A DNA stretch of 63,192 nucleotides, counting the filler, from Bipalium vagum (lineage: Eukaryota), in assembly GCA_037834085.1 (NCBI GenBank). It is 3 parts of 3 records of this genome, joined end to end, with 100 filler letters (N's around TTAATTAATTAA, not from the genome) between each part and the next. Parts side by side here need not be neighbours in the genome. Positions count along the whole stretch, not along the records: positions 1 to 24,148 come from JBBMKC010202716.1; 2 more parts are not named here. One strand, given 5' to 3'. The notes beneath the pieces are model-generated. The model was not told the DNA's origin, searched no databases, and worked only from the letters and a program-made list of their open reading frames with translations. Of this stretch, positions 1 through 14,163 are shown piece after piece. How positions within the stretch are numbered: position 1 is the first letter of the stretch; the number at the start of each line of letters is the position of its first letter. Made by a program: the position numbers and the translations under genes.

Positions 1-62
<62 letters not shown>
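1..62. repeat. (TAA)n microsatellite
   Basis: Perfect TAA run from base 1. Similar runs occur at about 3384-3440, 37678-37709 and 57478-57520. Confidence 0.95.
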
Positions 63-66
<4 letters not shown>

Positions 67-135
67 TAATAAAAATCATCCTCGGAGTGTTCATGTGACA
101 CAACTAAGGACTTTTAGAGGATAAATCTATGAAAC

Positions 136-960
136 TTAATAATTTTTGTAAAAATTAAAAAATGAGGCTCGAAAGATTTGTTCCATTTTCTTGCTCAATG
201 AAACGACAAAGGGAACATTAAAATATGTCAATGAAGCTTCATGAAAGTTGAAGGACCTCAAAATAAATATCAACGCAAAATATGAGGAAAGTGACAAATT
301 TGAAAAAATAATGATTGAGTACTGTGAGTATTTTATCACCATAAACCAATTGGTCAACTCTCAATTTGTCAGAAGAGCGATTTCTCAGACGATGGTGATC
401 AGAAGAGGTGTCCACTGAACCATACAATTGCTCTGATTTCTTTCTGAAAAGATGTCAACTCTTTCAAAGGTTTTCAGCTCTTTTTCAAATCTACCAATCC
501 TCAACCCCCTGCCACATTGGGGATGTCAGGCGTCTGACAAAATCGGAAAATCGATGGCAATCGTTTTGTTGTTATTTTCTTTAAAAACGAGATGTCACTG
601 TTGCCTGGTTTCATTTTTAGAGACTAAACACCTTTAGAAAATGAAATCCTCAAACAATATGTTATCGGGGTGCGGAAAAGTAACGAGAAAATCTGTCAAA
701 ATCAAAACTACTTTATGTATTAACCAAAAAACGACCAATCATTGTTATAATTGCCATCTTTTCCATAACAACCAATGAATGGATCCCATAGGAATAAAAT
801 TTTACTTCAAAATTCAATTCTTAGAGAGGTCCGATTTCATGTCTTTCAACATAATCTCCTCTCAGTTGTTTGGCTGATAACATCGTCATTTGACCGAAAC
901 CTCAACCTCTTCATGTTTAGTCAACGGTTACTAATCGACGGAGAAATTCATGTAGATTAC
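136..960 (-). pseudogene. Degenerate non-LTR retrotransposon fragment (region after the RT domain)
   Basis: Minus strand near 520-480 reads PNVAGG*GLVDLKK, matching the P..xGGLGL motif downstream of RT in RLE-type non-LTR elements. The rest is broken by stops and frameshifts. Confidence 0.35.
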
Positions 961-989
961 GTTGAAAAATGTCCAAAAATTTGTTTGAA

Positions 990-1500
990 ATGACCTCATA
1001 ATTGAGCAAACAAGGCACCAATCTTGTTAAGAGTTTCTTCATGTACAAGTGTTAAGTGTGTTATACAGGTTCATGTGAGATGTTTACAATGTTACCTATC
1101 TCAAGAACTTTCACTCGACAATCTTCCAAAAGTATATCGTGGATTTTATTGATCATTTCTGCCAAACGACCTGATCGTTGTTCATCAATTGTGCTTTATT
1201 GATCGCGTTTGAATTCAGGCAATCGATGTTTCATTATAAAATTTGATGGATTGGACTCATCGTAATGTTTCTGAAGTTTTCCTGGGGTTTCTTCGACCGT
1301 TTTCCCTTTTAAAAGTAATGTTTAGTCATTAAACGAAATTCATTTTCTCCGTTTTCATAGAATTAAAAAGTTGCTTATTTCAAACTATTTAAACAAAAAC
1401 CGACCGCACGAATTATTATAAAAAGTTTATATTATAAAATTGGATGATAACAAGGTTTACTTTATTTTTGTGACGACACGAGTTTGTGGGGTAACGTATT
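990..1500 (-). mobile_element. mariner transposase N-terminal remnant
   Basis: Minus strand reads ..IDEQRSGR..INKIHDILLEDCRVKV..MKKLLTRLVPCLL, resembling the mariner HTH region and the KKLSARWVPRLL motif. Confidence 0.7.
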
Positions 1501-3381
1501 TATCAGTCCACGCTCGTACAAGAGCAAAATTTATACTTTTGATCTTCCATATCTCTAAAGCTTCTTGTCCAACAGAAATTGAACGAAACGAAAGATAATA
1601 TTAACAAAATATCATAAACGAGACCAATTTAAAATGGGTTATTTTGGTGGTTTATACAGTAACAATTGCTATTCATTAAAACGCCCATTTCTAACGTAAC
1701 ATCCTAACATAAAACATTTCAAACCAAGCTACGGATAGATATTTCTTAAATATTGCTGAAACCAAATAAACATTGGACCAGGAACTTATGGACCAGTCTA
1801 AAAATTATAGAGCCGGCAAAGTTTAAGAGAGTTTTATTCATATTTTACAAATTCGAAAATCAATAAATAAAGTGGTATGAGAAAAAGGTCACGATCACAA
1901 TTTTCAAAAATAATTAAACTAAAAACGAAAAGCCATCAATAAAGGGCAGTTACATCCTTCGAAAAGTGTTAATTAACGATTTCTTAAATCCTTTATAGAT
2001 ACCACTATACAATTTTCCCATTAAGAGTCAGAGAAAATTGTCATGACTTAAGTTACTTTACTTTGTTGGGGTACGTTGAATCAACTGAAACTGATTTTGG
2101 ATGTATTGTGGGCTTTGGATTATCCAGGACGACCTTTGAAAATGAGAAGACATTATCAACAACAAATACGTATATGGGAGGGAAAAAGCGAAGTATGATC
2201 GGAGAAATGTCCAATCTCTGAGGAATTGTGAGAAGAAATTAAATATTCTGAAAACAATTACTCTGAGATTTAAAGTGAAACAGGTGGATCTATAGTCTAG
2301 ACCATTATCGATTGAAAATTTTTACCAAGTTCTTAAATAATTATTATGATTTGTAAAATATTATTTAATATATTTTTTAATTGTCTGAAAGTAATGTGGG
2401 AATGTTGACTCGAGTAATTTTGAGAAATTTATTCGGAAATGGTTTTTGTTTTAATTAACAACAATCAGTTATAATTTGCTAATGGAAACATTATTACATT
2501 AATATTATCATATAGTAATATATAATTATATTAACATATAATAATAATTTTTATTTTATAACGTTGATTTAGTGAGTTTCTATATTTTTAAATTAATAAG
2601 ACATTCATTATCCACGTTATCCAATGAAATTCTTGGTCATAAAATATAAATTAAAAATCATTAATAATTTATTAAAACCATTTTCTGAATGTTCTCAATT
2701 TAATGTTTATGTTTCGTATAAACAATGAAGCCTGCTGCCAAGCATCTGCATTGAATGACATAAATTATTCAAACAAATATTATTATTAAAAGTCCTTGTT
2801 CAATGAGCAGCGCTTCTTTCAAAAATTCTTTGACAAATGCTTCAGTATTACAATTTTCAGCCATCACAATGAAAACTACGCGGAAGACAAAGATTTTAAT
2901 AATATCTTTTGCAGAATTTTCTGTTTTGGATAAAGCACCTTTTATTTATCATCATAACTAAAAAATAAAATTTCAAATAAAATCAAATGTTACTTTATAT
3001 AATAATGACAAATCAATATACAAGTATTACAAAATAATATTTAAAAAATCCGCACTAAAATGATTATTTAAACACACTTTCCGTTTTTTTATTGACACCG
3101 CGTATGAATAATATTTATGTGGAATATTGAAAATGTTAATTGGTTTTAATTGTCTACTTTTTTATATTTTCTTTTCATCAAAGATCGCACTTAATAAAAT
3201 TATCAATAAATCATTTCTGTAGTATCGGCCAACAAAATAAAAATTTCACTATATTTAATTAATTATTTTTTTATCACTTAAGATTTAGTTAGAGCAACTA
3301 TAATATTATTAATAATAACGGTAATAGTAGAAATAATAATATTAATAGTAGTAATAGTAATAACAATAATTGTAGTACAAG

Positions 3382-3442
<61 letters not shown>

Positions 3443-3908
3443 TAATAAACAAAATAATAAAAATAATAATAGTGATAATAATGATTATTATTATTTTCAA
3501 TATAATCATAATTTTAAAATAATTCAGAATTGCATCAAGTTGTAAAAAGTAAGCTTTCTTTTCTTAGTTTAATTTTCACTTGTATTCTTTGCTTGTTTAT
3601 TTTGTTTTCATAATGATAATTGACATGATATTTGTATAGCACGAGATAATTGTTGTAACCAATTTTATCCCTTGGTTAATGTGGTAGGTTAATATTAAAG
3701 GAATTTTGACAATAATGTTCTTATAATAAATTGGCAATCTTCATTGGCAATAAAGGCTCGTTTCAATATCTTGATCAAATGGATAACTCAATTAAACAAA
3801 AATTAAAACACATTGATTAAATTCTTGATTGCATGGTATGATTACACAATGTCATGGAACTGTTGCTTCTTAAATAAATATATATATATATGTATGTATT
3901 GATTTTTT

Positions 3909-6900
3909 ATGAATTGGATGTTTTATGAATCTGCTTCATCGATATCGTCTAGCCTCCTTGAGAATCAAATGCTATTCCCATCAGCTGCCAGTCGCATAAG
4001 AGACCTGGTATCCGCCGGGGCATCTCCGAGAGGTAGCGATATCTACCCTGGTGGCGCGCTTAGCCAAGACATTATTAACAATTTTGATGTATTACAGGTA
4101 TTATTATTATACAGTTCTTTTACAGAGAAATCTTCTTATTTCTAACACTCAGATGCAAATGAAACGGCTTGAGCAGAAATTGAGTGATTTCCATATAGAT
4201 CAATTCGATCTGGACAAGCAACAATCTCAAAGATTTAAAGAAGAAAAGAAGTCCCTTGTACAAAGGTGATTTATTTAATTGGAATAAAGAAAACAAAACT
4301 TATTTATTTGTCTTTCACAGTTTGGCTAGCAAAAAATCTGTGCATTTTTTAATTGTTAAATTTCTACAGAATTTTTCAGAATTTTTTCGTTCAATTGTTT
4401 AAATATTTTTAAAAATTAAAATGACTGACTCTGATTGGTGCTTAATCTGGCCAATGAGATAAATTTATGAATGATTCATATGACATACAAATATTTTCTT
4501 AATACTTTCAATGAATTTTTTTGAGAGATTCAAAAGTTTAGTTTATTATTTAATTAATCAATTAAATAATTAAATAATCAATTAAATTAAATAATCAATA
4601 ATATAATCAATTAAATAATTATAAAAATCAATAAAATAATTAATAATATTTTTTTTTCGTTTGGATTTTAAAAATTGAATTAAATTAATTAAGAATTAAA
4701 GTTTTTTTCAATGGTTACTTTCAAATCGATATTAATAATTTCAATTTAATTGTTAATTATTAATCACATTTTTGTTTTCAATGAATATTTTCAATTATTA
4801 ATCTCTACTATTAATGTATTATTTTGGCCAGAATTAAGTAAACATACGCAAATCTTGGTTCAGTTTTATAGTAATTACCAGTCAACACAATCGATGATGC
4901 AGGACTAACTGCAGAGTTAACAATACATTCTTTTAATCAGAACTAATGTAATAAATAGTTTGAAAGATTTATTTTTATTATTTTTATAAAATTCCAATAA
5001 ATAAAGTCAAAGTTTACAGGTAAAAATAGATTAATTATGATTAATTATAAACCAATTATTATTGTGCTACATTAATCTGATTTTGTATCTGGAAAAATTT
5101 TATTTCTTTTAAAATTTTGTCCCTTCAACGAATCAGAAATAAAAATATTAAACAATATCCTAATCATTGTGTTGATGCTTAAGTCCTATCGGTTTGTTTA
5201 AATCCATTTGACATATCAACAATCAATATCATAAAATTTGAAAATATTGATATTTAGTTTCGTTTAATTTTCAATAGGTAACTAAGTTTACCCGGTTATT
5301 TTTTAAAAATAATTTTAATTTACCTCCCGATAATGGAGTGACATGTTGAGAAAATGAGCATTTCGGGCATATATTATTGTTCGGATATATTCGAGAAGCA
5401 AGATCTACAGAGGTCACTAGAACTATATGTTTAGTTTATGGAAAAGTTAGTATCAGCGAAAAGACGTCGGAGAAATAGTTATCCGATTCAAGCACAATTT
5501 CATCGCGTTTGGTGAGACCAAAAATGAACCATTCATTACGAATTTCTTAAGAGAAACCAAACGATAACCCCCGAACTGTATTGCCAACATCTGCAGCTTG
5601 ACAGTGCTCGAAATTCTTCTAAACCGACAAAATCATTCATTGAAAAAATTTGTTTGGAGATTCCACCTCACCAAACATATTTACCTGATACAGCCCCAAA
5701 GGATTTTCACCTCTTCTGATCTTTATCGAACGGCATGTGCGGATTATAATTTGAATATGACATAGGCCTACAGAATATGTTAGAAAAAGTTTTTTCATCA
5801 AAAATTCAGGGTTTTCAACCGAGGTACAAAAGCTTCCTGAGTGTTGGGAGGAGTAGTAAACAAAGAGCAAGATATAATTAATTAATTTTGTTTCTTATTA
5901 AAAATAATATGACAACCCAATATTATACAGTAATACAGTAATTGCGTTTCTTTTTCTTTTTTCATCAAAATTCCTTAATTTCAATAATCAATATTGTCCA
6001 TTTTCTTTACTAATATACAAAGTAAGAGAGGTTTTCCGTGCACATCTTCGTAAAAGATGTTTTAATTATATCAATAAATCTATTTCTTCATGAAAACTTT
6101 GGAAGCCGCTGTTGATCTCAGTATCCATTTAGAATCAATAACCTCGAAGACAATCTGAGGGAGTTGGAAGAGAAAGCCCAATCAAGACTGGATCAGGAAA
6201 AAAAGGAGTTCAAACAAAAACTTGTATGATAATGTTAAATCATGTACTGTTGTCATAATAACTTTAAAGTTAAGAACGGAAGAGGATAAGAACCTTGAAC
6301 TGCAGTCCATGGAGAACAGGTAAGGATTTAACGAAAGCCGGGTAGTCTTTATCTGTCGTCGTTTAGATTATATAAGCTGGAGGGAGAGTCAGCTGATCTT
6401 GCTTTGGAAATTCGTCGATATCGCGATGAAAGTGAAAGTCTGAAAGCGGTATGTGGAACGGTCTTGGACATTTAAAACGTTTTACGGATTGGACCTTTAT
6501 TGTTCAGGAAAAGCACGAATTTACCGAAAGATTAACGGAATCAGATATACGGATTAGCAACTTGCAAGAAGATTTCGAGCGAGTGAAGATGAATAGTAAA
6601 TTTGACAAAGATAATATCATAAAGGAGAAAGAAAACTATGAAAAAGTACTTGGTTGTTTCATTTTCATTTTGCAAAATGTTTTTGGTGTCGTTTCTTAAA
6701 TAATCATTTCGAGTTTATTAAAATGTCCCATTTTAAGAGGATTAATAACTAGAATTGAACATTTTTTTGTGTTTTGTCAATGGTATTCCATTGCCATTTT
6801 GAAAGGAAAAAATTTGGGTAGATCTCTCGTTTGAATCTTCCTTAAACTTATTCTTTAAAAAAGTTTTTTACCATAAATCTGATGACGGACTTATACGCTT

Positions 6901-9632
6901 GATGAGTTCTATCATTTATAATGCTACTAAGCCCATAGTAAATGGGGTTTTAGTATAACTAATTAAAGAAAGAGGGAACTTCATGTTACTATATTTAAAA
7001 AACACCCTGGTCCCTAATTTTAAATTATCAATTAATTAAATTTTCTCCATATTTTGATTTCCGATATATGTATATTGGAAAAGTATTTTTTAAGATAAAT
7101 AAAATCAATAAAATTCGGATTCTGTTAAATCTGGCAGCTTCTGAACAAATTTTTCCACTGGCTTTGGAAGCATTAGACCCAAGTTTAAATTCATACAATA
7201 AGCAGAAACGAATGATTGGTTTTCTGTCAGCGGTTTGGACTTGCTAATTCAAACATCAAATTAAATGATTGATTTAAAGTAATCTAATAAAATAAATTGA
7301 TTTTCTGAGGAATACATAAACTATTTAATGAAATGTCAATTTAACAAAATCGACAAGACCTTATTTAGCCACCTTAGACATGTATTATTATTTATTTGTA
7401 TTATTACCTTGTTTTTTGATCTATTAAATCAGGGTAGAATCTGATAAATTCAGTTTTGTTTCTGTAAAGGTTAAAAAATTTAAAAGGAATAAATTATTAT
7501 TTGTTATAACAGTCCATAAATAAACTCTGAAAATATTGATGAATTAAACGATGATCTTGGAAGAGGTATTTTAAAAAATGCACCTGACTCAGTTTTCATT
7601 TTTAAGAAAATAAAATTATTTTATTAATTTAATTAAAAGTTATTTTTATTTAAATTTATTTCATACGGCCCAAAAATTTGCACAATTTAATATATCATTT
7701 TTCTTATACCTTTTTAGAGAGAATATGTTGTTGAAAAGTTTTTTCTATTGGAACCATTGTCTTTGTGGCTTCACAAACATTTAATGAAAAAAATAATAAA
7801 TAAAAACGTAATAAATTCTGTTTCAGATGATGACAGAACTAAATGAAAAATCGAACCATGTCTTTGTTCAACCTGATATTCGGATAAAAACAATGAATAA
7901 GATCAACCAACGACATAAGGAATTGGAAGAATTGGTTGAAAAGTTGAAGGAGGAGAATAGGCAGTTGTCAGCCCAAATTGAAGAGTCGAACAGAGAATTG
8001 TTGGAAAGAACGGCTAAAGGAGAAATGAATTATTTGAACTCATCAGACGATTTAACGAAGGAGTTGGAAGACTATGGCAAAGACGAGGTGAGATTTTATT
8101 TTAAATTCGTCTTTCATCGTTATATTTTCGATTTTCGACCGAATTTGATAAAAGTAAAAGAATTTATAAATATTCTTCGGTTTTCTTTCTAAATTTTCTA
8201 AACTTTTTTCTTTGACTTTAGTTAGCGAATTGTATTAGAGAACATTGTGGTGAGACTTCATTAATTCTAAACACAGTTTTGATAAAAGAAACATATTGAA
8301 CTTTTCATGTCCTCTGATCAATGAGAATAAGAAAAATAGAGGGTACTCAAAATTATTCATTGGAATTAATTTCAGAGGAATTGGTTTTCTTGCACAAATA
8401 GAATTCCTATAGCAAACATTTTCTTTCATGTTTCTTCAAGAAATTTTCGTGAGCCCTTTCCAAGGACAAATTTTAATCAATATTTTGTCTAAGATTAATT
8501 AACTGAACATTGGTACACAACATCAGCTTTTATTTCATTTGTGAAAAAATTTGAATTCTTCAAAAATAACATAGCAAAATGAAAATTTTTTCTCTCTTAC
8601 GTTTTCCGCATCAATAATAAATCTATTGACGAAGTGTCTGAGAGCAGAAGGTGATTATATATGAGAATGGCTCTGTGTGTTTATCATCTGCATGGTTCAT
8701 TTGTTGTAGATAAAGTTTCATCTTAGTGCCATTCATATTTCATAACGAGTCTAAAGACTTTTGATCCACACCACGTAATTGTGATCTGTTCTTTCATCAA
8801 CGTCAATATTTGAATGGTGTCAGCGAAGAACGAGTAAAAGCAAAGAATTTCATTTTTTACAATTTTCAGGTTTTTTTCTCTTTTCTAAGCAAGCTTTATT
8901 CAAGAAAGACTGCTTCAAGATGCCATAATGTTTCTGAACCCGTAATTTGATTTTTATGATATTCTCTAGACAGTCAATGAAAAATGTAACGTTCTCTTTT
9001 CTCATTATGCAAAATATATTATGCAGAGTTAAAGTATTATTATTATTATTTTTTTAATTCTTGAGGAACATTTCCCCACTTTTTATTTTGTTTTTGATAA
9101 TTAATTTTCACGTTTTATGTTTCATGTCTGACAAAGATGAAGTGAATTCTGAATTGTTTTAATTTCATATTTAAAGCAATTATTGTCGTCTTGAGAACGC
9201 TGAGTACCGAACAATTTTGAAATTATCAAAAACTCAAATTATTTTAAAGAGGGACTTGTTCTTGTTTAATCGAGTACTTTTTCTCCAATAAGATCAATAA
9301 TTAGCTTATTCAAGTCGACCATTTTAAGGAAAATTTCAACTTGATTTGGTTGTGATCAGATCAATGTTTTCGTTTCTTTCTAAAAATCATTCTATCAAAT
9401 GTGACGGATCGTTTTTGTTGAATGATGGTCCAATTAAAATATAATTTCACCATGGTTTTATTTTTGATGTCAATTTTGCTATTGAAAGATTGTAATTATC
9501 TTCCAGCTAATGGATCTCTTGGCCAAAGATAAGGATTCCAACTTCAGATTGCGAGATTATATCGAAAAGATCATCGTTAAAGTCATGGAAAAGCACCCTT
9601 CTTTGCTTGAAGTACGATCGAACAAAAAATGA
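3909..9632 (+). CDS. RAB11FIP4: Rab11 family-interacting protein 3/4-like (Nuf-like); coiled coil plus C-terminal FIP-RBD; about 349 aa
   Basis: Hand-spliced GT-AG exons 3909-4097, 4153-4265, 6133-6223, 6270-6319, 6367-6448, 6508-6645, 7827-8087 and 9507-9632 join in frame (1050 nt). The C-terminus LMDLLAKDKDSNFRLRDYIEKIIVKVMEKHPSLLEV matches the Rab11-binding domain. AATAAA at about 9847. Start codon and FIP3 vs FIP4 orthology are uncertain. Confidence 0.88.
5280..5925 (+). mobile_element. Internally deleted mariner element in an intron of the FIP gene
   Basis: N-terminal EHFGHILLFGYIRE..TRTICLVYG; C-terminal YSPDLAP-like Y.PDTAPKDFHLF and KLPECWEE; TIR-like end ATGACAACCCAATA. Confidence 0.75.
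7100..7378 (-). mobile_element. mariner 5' end remnant
   Basis: Minus strand reads IIRFCLLYEFKLGSNASKASGKIC (mariner HTH start), with a TIR-like end near 7350-7378. Confidence 0.6.
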
Positions 9633-10637
9633 GACTTTCGACACAAACTGTTATTTAAGGGGGAACGGAGAGATTATTTCATTGTACATCGATTTTGTTT
9701 CAGTTTATTTTATTTTGCAGAGCCTTAATAACATGTACATAGACAATTTTCAACTCAAAATTTTAAGCCAATTTTATTTTATTTGATGTAGAAGGAGATT
9801 TGCTATTGTTTATAAAAACTGAACGTTTGTCGTATCACTACTCTTAATAAAAAGCATTTGTTCAACTGACTTTTTCTAGATCTAAATGTTAAGTACACCT
9901 TAAAAACGTATCAAATTTATCTAATTGAAAGGTTCTTTTATATACAATAATCGTATATTATGTATTATTCTTTTGAAACATCAATCGGTAACTTGGTTAT
10001 ATGAATCAAATATACGTATAGCTCGTTTAGATACTTTTAATATACTGTTTATTTGTTTTTTCTATAAAAGGACAATTCAAATTGTTCTGAGGAATTCAAA
10101 ATTTGAAAATTTTCAGGAAGTGATTGAACAGTGTAACGATAAGCTCATCATTCCAGCACTAAGGTTTCCTAGTTCCTAAATTGAAAGAGAAAGTTCAATT
10201 GAGTCATCTTGTTTGCCCGCTCCATTTAAGGATATCTAAAGCACACTGTGCATAGAGGTAGCCCATCAAACACGACCAACATTATCATAAATATTCATGA
10301 ACTACTTAGAAATGAAAATCAACAATTACCAAGGACTTAAACCATTGGCTTATAAAAGATATGTTGATGACGTATTTTTAATATTTGAAAGGGAAAATCA
10401 CATCAATCCATTTTTAACATACATGAATATTCTACATGAAAATATTAATTTCACGATGGAGAAAGAAAGAAATGAAAAATTACCATTTCTAGATTTTATC
10501 ATTAAAAAGGAGAAATCGAATAATAAATTAAAGATTAATATATTTAGAAAAGAGACGGATACAGGACTATATACGTCAAACAATAGTTTCTGTGAAGAAA
10601 GATATAAAAGTGGATTAATCAAAGGCTTAATTTAGAG

Positions 10638-10925
10638 TATTATCTTTAACATCAGTGTGAGAATCTAAAAATATCCGAGTAACATATTTAATTTTTTAAT
10701 TTAATTTGCAATATATTGAGCTGAAAGATTTTAATAATTAAATAAAAGTATAAATTACATTTTTAATAAAAACAAGTATAAATTTTAAAGCTCAATATAT
10801 TCGAATTAAATGCGAAAATTTTATATGTGAAAAGTATTAAAATTTCATTTGTTTTAATAACAAATTAAACAAATCAGAAAACGGTTTGAATAAATAAATT
10901 TTTATGGAGACTAATGATTTTTTAG
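10638..10925. mobile_element. Foldback/MITE-like insertion in the Penelope ORF
   Basis: AT-rich block that breaks the PLE reading frame. Internal inverted repeat AATATATTGAGCT (about 10710) / AGCTCAATATATT (about 10789). Boundaries approximate. Confidence 0.5.
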
Positions 10926-11680
10926 CAACCACTAACAATCAGATTATAAAGAGATAGATAAGGAACTGGATATTATAAAAGAAAGGTTGAAAAAGAATGC
11001 ATATCCAGATAGAAAAATAGAAAAGATAATCAATGGAACAATTAGCAAATTAATAACTGGAAAAGAATAAGATGAGAAGAAAAGTAAAAATGGAAAAGAA
11101 ATACCATTTTCAAAAGGATTTAGAATATTCAAGAACATAATAGAAAAAAACTGTTGAGCTTGACGATTTAAAAGTAATTTCAATGACAACAAAAACAAAA
11201 AGTTATTTAATAATCAAAACACCAACACCTGCTATATTGCAATCTAATATCGTATATGAATTTAAATGCTATGGGTGTAATAGCCTATACATAGGGTAGA
11301 CAAAGCGTCAACTCAGAACACGTATTAGTGAACATTCGCAATTAAGCAGAACGAGTAAAGTTTTAGATCATTCTTTGAATTGCGTTGTGCGAAAAGGCAA
11401 AGTTAATGGTGAAGAATTTCGACTACTTATGAATAATTTTGATGATAACGGTGAACGGAAGATATGCGAATCGTTATTAATAAAAGAGCGGCAACCGGAG
11501 ATCAATATTTAAACTGGGGAAAGTAAAAACCAATGGATAGTCAATGTTTTCTCAGATTAATTAATTAAAAAAATCTTTTTTTAAAAAATGAAAATTTCCA
11601 CCATTCAGATATTAACAATATATTTAAATTAAAAATTAGACCGTCGATTAGATAAATAAGGTGTGTTATTTTAAATATGA

Positions 11681-11722
11681 ATGACTGATGATGAACTGAT
11701 AATAGTTCGAAACATGTTTCAT
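11681..11722 (+). ncRNA. Minimal type I hammerhead ribozyme (Penelope pLTR)
   Basis: ATGA-CTGATGA-T-GAACT(gataat)AGTTC-GAAAC-AT-GTT-TCAT: complete core, 5-bp helix II, helix I ATGA/TCAT and palindromic AACATGTT helix III. Confidence 0.82.
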
Positions 11723-13224
11723 GATAAAAAAATCTGTTTAAAATTATTGAAAAGCGTCTATTTAAAAAGTAAATTTATGGTGTTCACAAGATTAAAAATA
11801 AAATAAATAATATTTAAAATGAAAATAGAAATCGTATTACAAAAAGGGACTGTTAAGAATTTTATTTTAAAAACAAATATTTTAATAACAAAAGATCTTT
11901 AATTGAACCAATTTATCGGACAACGGAGGTATGGAATATCGTAGACGAAGAAGTAACTGTTAAATGCTTCAATCATGCTTTAAATATCCAAAAATTCTGA
12001 TTATAATGTTACTTTACATATAATAAAAGAATCCACACTTAATGGAATATTAAATTGTGAAAAATGAATATATGTATCAAACTCAAAGGTAAAGAAATGT
12101 TCAATTCTGAAAAAGATTTCAACATGGGGTTAAAATATTTACTATAACGTGCAGTTATGATTTAAAGTGATTCATTGGATGCCCTATTCACGATGTGGTT
12201 TAGATACCCTTACATGAATAAGATTAGTTGAGTTAGATCTGGTGAACAAAGGAGCCACCAGATTGAATTCCAATCTAAAGACTAGGAAACGCGTCAATTA
12301 CATTTCTATTCATTTAACATTATTAACATTAGAACCAGTTTTATACCTTAACAGCGTTCTATAAAATAAATCGGAAATATCATTCAAAAGAGATTTCATT
12401 TTTCTCATATAATCTACAAAAGAATTTTTAAAAAAATTTCGAAAACTATTTTGGTTGTATCTTTATTATTTTTTATCATAAATGGTTGGGCGTTATCTCC
12501 ACCAGCCATTCTCACTCTTACATATCATATTTCTTATAGACTACTATTTTTATATTCATTAACTTTTATTCAATTTTTGCATCATACTCCAAGCACAAAA
12601 AAATGTAACCAATAAAAAAAAGACCAGAAAATAAAATTTAAATATAAAACCTGTGAAAGAAATTCTCAAATCTAAACTTGATTAATAAGTCATTTAATAT
12701 CAAAAACTTTACTGACCATGTCACTTCTGTCAATAACGTGTTCGCAAATAATTGAATCAAACAACTACAATAGAACTTTATTTTTAAAACGCAGTTACAC
12801 GAAAGTATCAAACAAAAAACAAAATCTACAATGTGAAATGTCTCAGAATCAATAAAAAAATACTAAAAAGCAAAACAATCAAATCAAATCCAAAAACCAT
12901 ATTAAATAATATAATCAAAACTTAAACTTTTTTAATGTTTTAAAAATGTTTTTAAAAAAAATTATATTTTCTAAATCTGAATAGGGTTTTCGAATGATTT
13001 TTTCTTAAACTACACTGGATATCTGATTAGAAGTCAGGTTTCTAATCCTGGTCGTGGCAAAATTTTAACTTTTTAACCATTAAACCGATTTTGACGTTCT
13101 ACAAGTCAAATTAAAGGTAGATAAATTCTCTATCATATCCAATAAAATCTATTATATTATCATATTAAATGAAAACAAATTTAACTTTAAATTTTATTTT
13201 ATTTTTCTTATTAAAAAAGGAAAG

Positions 13225-13790
13225 AAGTAACTGAAGAAAATTTTTAAAATATTATTGATATGGGAAAATCGAAATATCTAACTTTTTATTGCAAACAATA
13301 TTATTTAAGTCAAAATTTAATTAATGAAATTCAAGGGAAATTAAAAAAGCAGAAGGAGAAAAAAGAGAAAGTGGAGTTCTCCCGTTAATTTCAATTCTTG
13401 AAGTAATCTTTGTAGATTTAAGTCCTGCTGGAGGAGTTGCAACAGTTGTACAAAAAGCAAAAGAAGTACAAGAAACAGATATAGAGAAAAATAAATTAGA
13501 AATGGATATTGAAAAACAGAAATCAAGTGAAACTCATAACTTGAAAGCTATACCAACAGAGGTAACAAATGGAGAAGAGCAAAACGACATTTCTAAGAAG
13601 AAAAGTAAGAGTCTTAATTTATATAAATCTGAAAAAAAGAATTAAAAACTTTGTAAAAATAAAATTAAAATAATTAAACAAGGAAATGGTATATATTTTG
13701 AGCATCCAAAAGCCTTGACAACTTTGATGGATCAAAGCAAAGTTTCTAAGAAAAAAGATGAGGGAATATATTTTTCTAGATTTTATTTTA
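13225..13790 (+). pseudogene. Polinton/adintovirus core-like protein, left copy
   Basis: EVTEENF*NIIDMGK..; SGVLPLISILEVIFVDLSPAGGVATVVQKAKE; GNGIYFEHP..EGIYF. Clear paralogue of 22905-23518 in the opposite orientation. Confidence 0.75.
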
Positions 13791-14163
13791 AAAAATGATT
13801 TTAAATTTACTTGAATTCTTTTGGAAATATCGAATTGATGCAACATCAATTTTTGATTTAATATCAAAATAGGTAGTGCTGAAGATTTTGAAATACTTTA
13901 AAAAATTTTAATGAAGTTTTAGATTACTGAAAATAGAATAAAATCTGAAAACTTAAAAAATGAAAAACCCAATTTAAAGATATAAATTCAAAGAATTAAA
14001 AAAAATTAAATAATGTCAAAGTAATAAATAATAATCTTATAAAAATAACAAATGAATCTGAAGACGTTCATTAATATGTATTAAGATAAAATTAAATTTT
14101 ATTTGCACTAGATGATTATAAAAAAAGTATGAAAAAATAAAACCATTTTATTGGGAAACAACT

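Larger units (their letters stand above)
10290..11760 (+). mobile_element. 5'-truncated Penelope-like retroelement (RT plus GIY-YIG endonuclease), pseudogenised
   Basis: RT motifs YKRYVDDVFLIF, FTMEKE..KLPFLD, FRKETDTGLY and LKKNAYP. GIY-YIG region SNIVYEFKCYGCNSLYIG*TKRQLRTRISEH at about 11243-11335. Hammerhead motif in the 3' tail. Interrupted by an insertion of about 290 bp. Confidence 0.9.

Noticed and set aside
6879-6910. CTGATGA as a further hammerhead core (also at 25113, 32694, 45291)
   Set aside because: No helix II followed by GAAA at a suitable distance.
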